A stretch of 64,000 bases of DNA from Lama guanicoe (lineage: Eukaryota): assembly GCA_013239625.1 (NCBI GenBank), contig MU053379.1, positions 4,421,229 to 4,485,228 of the forward strand. Direction: 5' to 3'. The notes beneath the pieces are model-generated. The model did no database searches and was not told where the DNA came from. It saw only the letters and a list, made by a program, of their open reading frames with translations. Shown piece after piece: positions 58,599-64,000 of this stretch. Each line of letters begins with the position of its first letter. Within the stretch, counting starts at the first letter, position 1. Both the position numbers and the translations under genes were made by a program.

Positions 58599-59457
58599 TT
58601 TCCTTTTCTTTTTTTTTTTTTTGGAGTTTTGTGCATTTTATTTAGCAAATTGAGACCATAAACTTAAACGTCTTCTATATACTACATGCATATATCCCAG
58701 AAGAAACCAGACGCGAATGCTTGATAGAAAATGTTTTTCCATGGCTTCTTTATAAACCCTGTTTCTCTCCTTTTTACATGCGCGCTGTGTCTGAAGAGGC
58801 CGCCAGCAGGAGTCGTCTTCCGGGTGCTGGTTTTGCGCCTCCACCTTCTGTCTCAGCCACGCTTCCCATTCTGTGTTCTTTCGAGCATGATGAGCTATTA
58901 GATCTGACCCTCCAGTGATGTGTGGACGTTCACCTGCTCCAGGAAAGGTGACCTGTTTGAATTTCTTGAAACCCTTCAGTTGACCACGATCACTGTTTAC
59001 ACTGGGTGCGTTTCTGGAGGCAGAGTCACCAGCCACCAGCGACTGGCTTCAGTCAGCAACGCCCCCTGGGAAGCCCCTGGCCGTCACCTGCAGCCCCTCG
59101 TGGCCAGGTGGCTCTTTAGCTGACCATAGCGGTTCTTTCCTGAGCTCGCGTCGCTTCCTAGTTTCACTTTCTTGAGCGATTTTGTCACTTTCTGGTGTTG
59201 CTTCGTAGTCAAACGTGCTGTCTGTTTCCAGGTCCCGGCATGGCCTTTTCTGGCGTGGACGTCTTCCTCTTGTTTTTGACTTTCGCTTCAAGTTCTGGCT
59301 CTGGCTTTGTTCTTGAGTAGCTGCTCCAACGCGTCATCTTCTGCGGCTGCATCATCAATTTCTCTTCTTTTTTCTGACCTTAGTTTTTCTGTAGAAAGAG
59401 ATTTATTGGCAGAATTCTTCACAGTGAACTTTAAATCTGTATCTGCAAATCAGTTAA
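58599..59457 (-). pseudogene. NBN: Processed, 5'-truncated NBN (nibrin/NBS1) retrocopy covering the C-terminal ~230 codons, a short 3' UTR and poly(A)
   Basis: Minus-strand peptides [76 protein letters not shown] and [54 protein letters not shown] match human NBN (…[54 protein letters not shown]…) with no introns. It has several frameshifts and an in-frame TGA, AATAAA at 58637-58642, and a poly(A) tail seen as the T run 58609-58622. Confidence 0.95.
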
Positions 59458-60196
59458 ACCTCTTCCAGGTTTAAAGCGAGGCGCCTGGGGAACTCTGGAG
59501 AACTCTTTCATTTCTGGGCCTTAATTCAGGGCTGTGTGAAAAAACTGGGTCAAAAGTGAATGAAAAGGGGCAATATCAGATGGTCTCCGGCTGGCCGCGC
59601 ACCAGCCTCGAACCGAAGTCAGCGCGGGCCGCGCAGGCAGCCCGCGGGCGGGGAGCCCGGGAGCACCAGGCCGCAGGCCGTCTCGGACACCTGAGCTCGT
59701 GACAGACCTGGCTTTTCTCCTGGAAACTCTCAGTTGGGGTTTTTGAGCTGCTGCCTTTCCCGAGCCCGTGGGTCTCAACACTGGGTGTTAGGGATGCTGG
59801 TCTCTGTTTTGGGACATCCTGGGGGCGCCAGCCACACCGGGGCCACACGCTGGGGAGCAAGCTGCTGGCTGTGCCATTTTCTAACTAAAAAAGGAGATTA
59901 AAAACTCAACTTTACCACGTTTGAATATATGGATTGACAGCGGTAGCTGGTTGTCATTTATGAACAAGAACACGTGCACTGGGAGCGGTGTGAGAAACGG
60001 ATAAGCAGAGGCGGCTACTCAGACACACTCAGAGCTCACACACACACTTCCACACTCGCTCCAGCTGGAGGGAACTGGAGGTCACTTGCTCTGACCCCTC
60101 ACTTCACAAACACAAAGACTCGGGTCCAGAAAAATTAAGTGACTTGACCAAGTGGAAACATCTGGTCAGCAGCAGAAGCCAACCCAGAATCCAAGA

Positions 60197-60199
<3 letters not shown>

Positions 60200-60229
<30 letters not shown>
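60200..60229. repeat. (GT)n microsatellite
   Basis: Pure GT run. Confidence 0.95.
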
Positions 60230-60231
<2 letters not shown>

Positions 60232-61279
60232 CAAAACCAGTGTTCTGCACTAAGAATCCTTGTCGAAACAAATAAACAAACAAAAACGGGAGACTGTCCT
60301 ACCAACCATAATAATCAGGCTAAGCCAGCTCTCCCGTGACCACGTGACGATGTGCTGAGCATAAATCGTGCTCACGAGGAGTGTATGCATGAGGGAGATG
60401 TCTATCTATTAACTTTCAAGGTTTAAAACTCTGCCCAGTGACCTCGTTACATCTGACGCTGCACGGAAATCCTGGATCCACCTGTGGGGAACTTCTCTGG
60501 GTGGTGGCACGTGGGTGACATTTTTGTCTCCAACGCTTCTGTCTTTCCCAGACCCTATAATAAGCGTATATAGTACATTTTTAAAACTGGAGAGAAAATG
60601 AGAATGTGTAACTAGAGATTTTCACCACAGCCACTGACCTGGAGAAGTTTGGGGTGACACTGACCATGTCCCAGGTTCTGGGCAGCTCTGCAGGCTCTCC
60701 GGCGCCAAGACAGGGCTGCCGCCTGAATCAGCCTCGTTCTCGTAACACCTGCAGATTTTGTTCCGCATCCACGTGTGCAGCGCACAGGAGAGTTCTGAGG
60801 TTGGAAGCCCCATTTTCCTGACTTCCTCCCCAACTCTGTCCCCACCCCCCCACCCCGTGGCCACACATGGCCAACCCAGCAGGTACTCAGCAAGCATCTG
60901 CCCCAGGCCTGGGAGAAAACGGTGGCCTGAGCCGCCTGACCTTGAATTCCTCTCTGTTTATTTCCCTGAAGCCCCTGGGGATAATCTGATTAATTCGACT
61001 AGAATTCAGTTTCCTTTAAAAAAAAAAAAAGCTGTCTATTCTGCTGTGCGAGAACAGTTGACTACAGCCGCTTCTCCAAAAGCTTTTTCCAGAAGAAACA
61101 CTGACAGCCCAAACTGAGTAAAACGTTCTTTTGAGTTCCCCAAGGTGGTCCTCGTGGCCATGGAATAATTTATAGTTGGGGTGCCCACACTAACACTGAG
61201 GCTCTAAATCCAGGAGGCAGCGTCTTCCACAAAGCAGCCCCACTTTCCTTGACCTCTGATTATACTTAAAGGCACTGTT

Positions 61280-61400
61280 GTGTAGTTTACAAAGAAATGA
61301 CGGCTCAGAGAGGTCAAGCAAGCTGCCCAAGGTCACACAGCAAATGCATAATGGATCAGGATGAAGCTCCAGTCTCCCCATCCCCAGTGTGTTGCTCTTG
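61280..61400 (-). mobile_element. MIR SINE fragment (further MIR-like cores near 9970, 27100, 41890 and 60100)
   Basis: 'ggctcagagaggtcaagcaagctgcccaaggtcacacagc' is the MIR core. Confidence 0.7.
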
Positions 61401-61678
61401 CCTGAGTTAGTTAAGAAACTGGACTCGCACAAGAAAGGAGTCTTCGAGGAGTGATGTGTCTTTCAGAAAAATCGTGGCCGGGGTCTGGGTAAGAGGAAGC
61501 CCCAGAGGGCACCAGGGGGTGAACCATCGCAGAATCCAAGTGAAAGCTTCAGAACGGCTTTCCTGTCAAAGAGGGCCTGGCTTTGACTAAAGCAGGGAGA
61601 CTCTCAGGCAGCCGAGAAAATGTCAGGAAGTGTGAATGCAAACTTCAGGCCTATAGCACTTGACTCTTGAGCTTCTAG

Positions 61679-62216
61679 TATTCCGGAAAAATGTGTTACA
61701 GCTCAGTTGTGACAGCAACCTGGACCCGGGCGAGAGACCAAGCAGCACTCAGACCTGGAGAACTCAGGTTTATTACACCAACAGCCACACAGAAGTTAGC
61801 ACTTCCAGCTCTGCACCCCATCTGTATGGTTACACGGGCCTTTATAGGCTGCCAGTTTACACTTTGCAACATTATATGCAAATAAAGTACAACAGAAGTT
61901 GACCAACCAGGAATAAGCTTTGCAGAAATAGCCCAATCAGGAGTGAGAGAAATAACCAATCAGGAGTGAGCTCCATGCAAATGAAGTACTATAAATGGGC
62001 CAATCAGAAGTTAGGGAAGTGGACCAATCAGAAGTGAGAGTAATAACCAATCAGGAGTGAGCTCAGGGAACCAATAGAACTTTAGGTGTAAGTTAGCCGC
62101 TTTAGAGGCAAAAAGTGTGATAGAGCTTCCCGGTCAAGGAACCGGATGGTGCCGGCAGGAGAGTAGTGGCCCTGCTCGGGGGTCCTGCCGGTCTTTTCGT
62201 GGGGCTTCCCGCCTCA
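61679..62216 (-). mobile_element. Solo ERV1-class LTR, 538 bp, with CTAG 4-bp target-site duplication
   Basis: CTAG at 61675-61678 and 62217-62220. Minus-strand 5' end TGAGG; other terminus TA instead of the expected TG on the + strand. Minus-strand TATAAA at 61841-61846 followed by AATAAA at 61769-61774. Six CCAAT boxes and two ATGCAAAT octamers in the U3 portion. Confidence 0.85.
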
Positions 62217-64000
62217 CTAGCACCGCCCCCTCCCCACCCACCCCGCGGCTGCTCGTGCTCCTCCCCAAGTACCAGCCCGGCTTTCCTCCAGGTGCAGCGT
62301 CGGCTCACCTCGTCGACTGTGGCTCCCGCCGCAGGTCCGGGTCCACCTCCTGACTCTTCACGGCCGTATCTGGTTACCAGCGTGCGGTCAGGTAACCCGC
62401 CCCAAGGCCCTGCAAGGCTCTCCCAGGAAAGAGACTGAACCACGACCTGGTGGTAGGTCAGAGCACCCCCACACCCCCCGCCCCGGGTTGGTGGGTGATG
62501 GAACGGTCTCTGGAAAGCTGAAGTTAACCTACGGCAGCTACGGAGACAAGGAACTGGATCCCCAGAACCAGCACATCTGGTCCCGGCCAGGGCCTGGCTC
62601 CCAGGTCTTCCATGTGGACTCGAATACCCAGCTTCCCTGGAACAAGGAACAAGGACGCAGACTTGGAGACCCAAGTAGGGACCAAGATCTGAACATCAAG
62701 GCACCAGACACTTGACCACGGAGACCCCGCGTCTCAAGAGGGAGAGGCAGGCAGCGTCACGCCAGCCGTCTCTCACGCTGTCCTCAGTTCCGTCCCTGCA
62801 GCCAAGTCCATCCTCCTCCGCCCCGGAGCCCCCCACCGCTCCTGCCGCGCGAATCAGAGCGAGTCTAACAAGACGCTCCGAAGCGTGGCGGCTCCAACAA
62901 GCCGGAAGGTTCCTGCTCTCTGGTGTAACCGTGTGGTGGGCGCTGCTGCCCGCGGGGTCACCTGGGAGTCACCCGGGAGTCACCCTGGACACCCAGGTGT
63001 GTCCATCTGGATGCGAACATCCTCTTTGCTTCTCCTGGGCACCGCCCCCCCCCCGCCCCTTGAGTCTCGGCTGGACCTGGCAATGTGATCGACCAAGAGA
63101 ATGGCTGACGCGGCGTCCGAGGACTCCCAGGGTGCGATCTTGGGAAGATGACGGCTCTGCCTGGGCCTCAGAGGGCGCTGGATCTCGAGGCCCTGAGTCA
63201 CCTGAGGCGGGCGTCCTCACCTGAGTCCAGCGTCCTGCGTCCCCACCAAAGTGCCATTCGCCCTCGGGAGGCCCGGGAGCACCAGGAGCCACTCCACCCA
63301 CACCAGGGGGACAACCTGCTGGGATTCCCGACCCCAGGCTGGACCTAGGATGTTTAAGACCTTGATTTCACAGCAGTTTTTTTCTACAATAAAAATGTAC
63401 AGACTGGGAGGTAACTCTGGAGAAACAGGTCCAGAACTGAAGGGTTTTTTTCAAAAACTGACTTCAGGGGCTCGGGTTGGACCAGGAAAGCTTACCCAGG
63501 AGCCTCGGTGCAGACCATGTGCAGACCACGTGGAGCCCTCTTCCTCCATGGCCTCACAGTCCGGGCTTGAGACGGCCCCACAGGAACGGCCAGCACTCAG
63601 AGCTGTGTGCTCAGTGGTGGGTCCTCGGAAACAGGGGAAGCGACAGTGGCAGGGGCCGGACCAGGCTGTGGCTGGGGAGGAGGGACTGGGTTGGGACAGG
63701 ATGTGGGGCTGCCAGAGTTACAGCAAATCCAAGCAGGCGCTGGACCAGCAAGGGCCTCGGTGAGTGTAAGGGAGGAGGCGAATGCGACAGGACGGGTGCC
63801 AGGAGACCATGGGCGTCCTCATGTGCCCAGCTGTGGAGTTAGGCAGACATCCTTGTCTGTCCCCAGCAGAGGGAGCTGAGCAGGGCAGGGGCCTGGCAGA
63901 AGCCGGTAAGATCCTGAGCTCCTGGGCTGTGTCTGCTCCATCGGGGGCAGGGCCAGGGTGAGGGAGGGTTTACAGGGCTGCAGGGAGCAACGCCCCATCC

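Overview
Very GC- and CpG-rich mammalian genomic DNA, probably from a camelid (camel, llama or alpaca), judged from three tRNA-Ala-derived Vic-1-like SINEs. It holds two intact minus-strand group-XIV C-type lectin genes: intronless THBD (thrombomodulin, 579 aa, 17974-19713) and two-exon CD93 (649 aa, 36474-38398 plus 36222-36246). Two decayed genes are hidden among the GC-rich shadow ORFs. One is a remnant of SSTR4 at its syntenic position, with only a frameshifted TM7 and C-tail left (7359-7606), i.e. an apparent gene loss. The other is a 5'-truncated processed NBN (NBS1) retrocopy with a poly(A) tail (~58600-59457), lying ~2.2 kb downstream of a co-oriented solo LTR rich in CCAAT and octamer motifs. 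There is also an apparently identical 1210-bp tandem duplication upstream of CD93, and several independent signs of strong AT-to-GC substitution bias. I see no clearly new multi-gene system. The best leads are the SSTR4 loss, the LTR plus NBN-retrocopy unit and the GC-biased remodelling. All comparisons to human proteins and repeat consensuses are from memory and need alignment to confirm.
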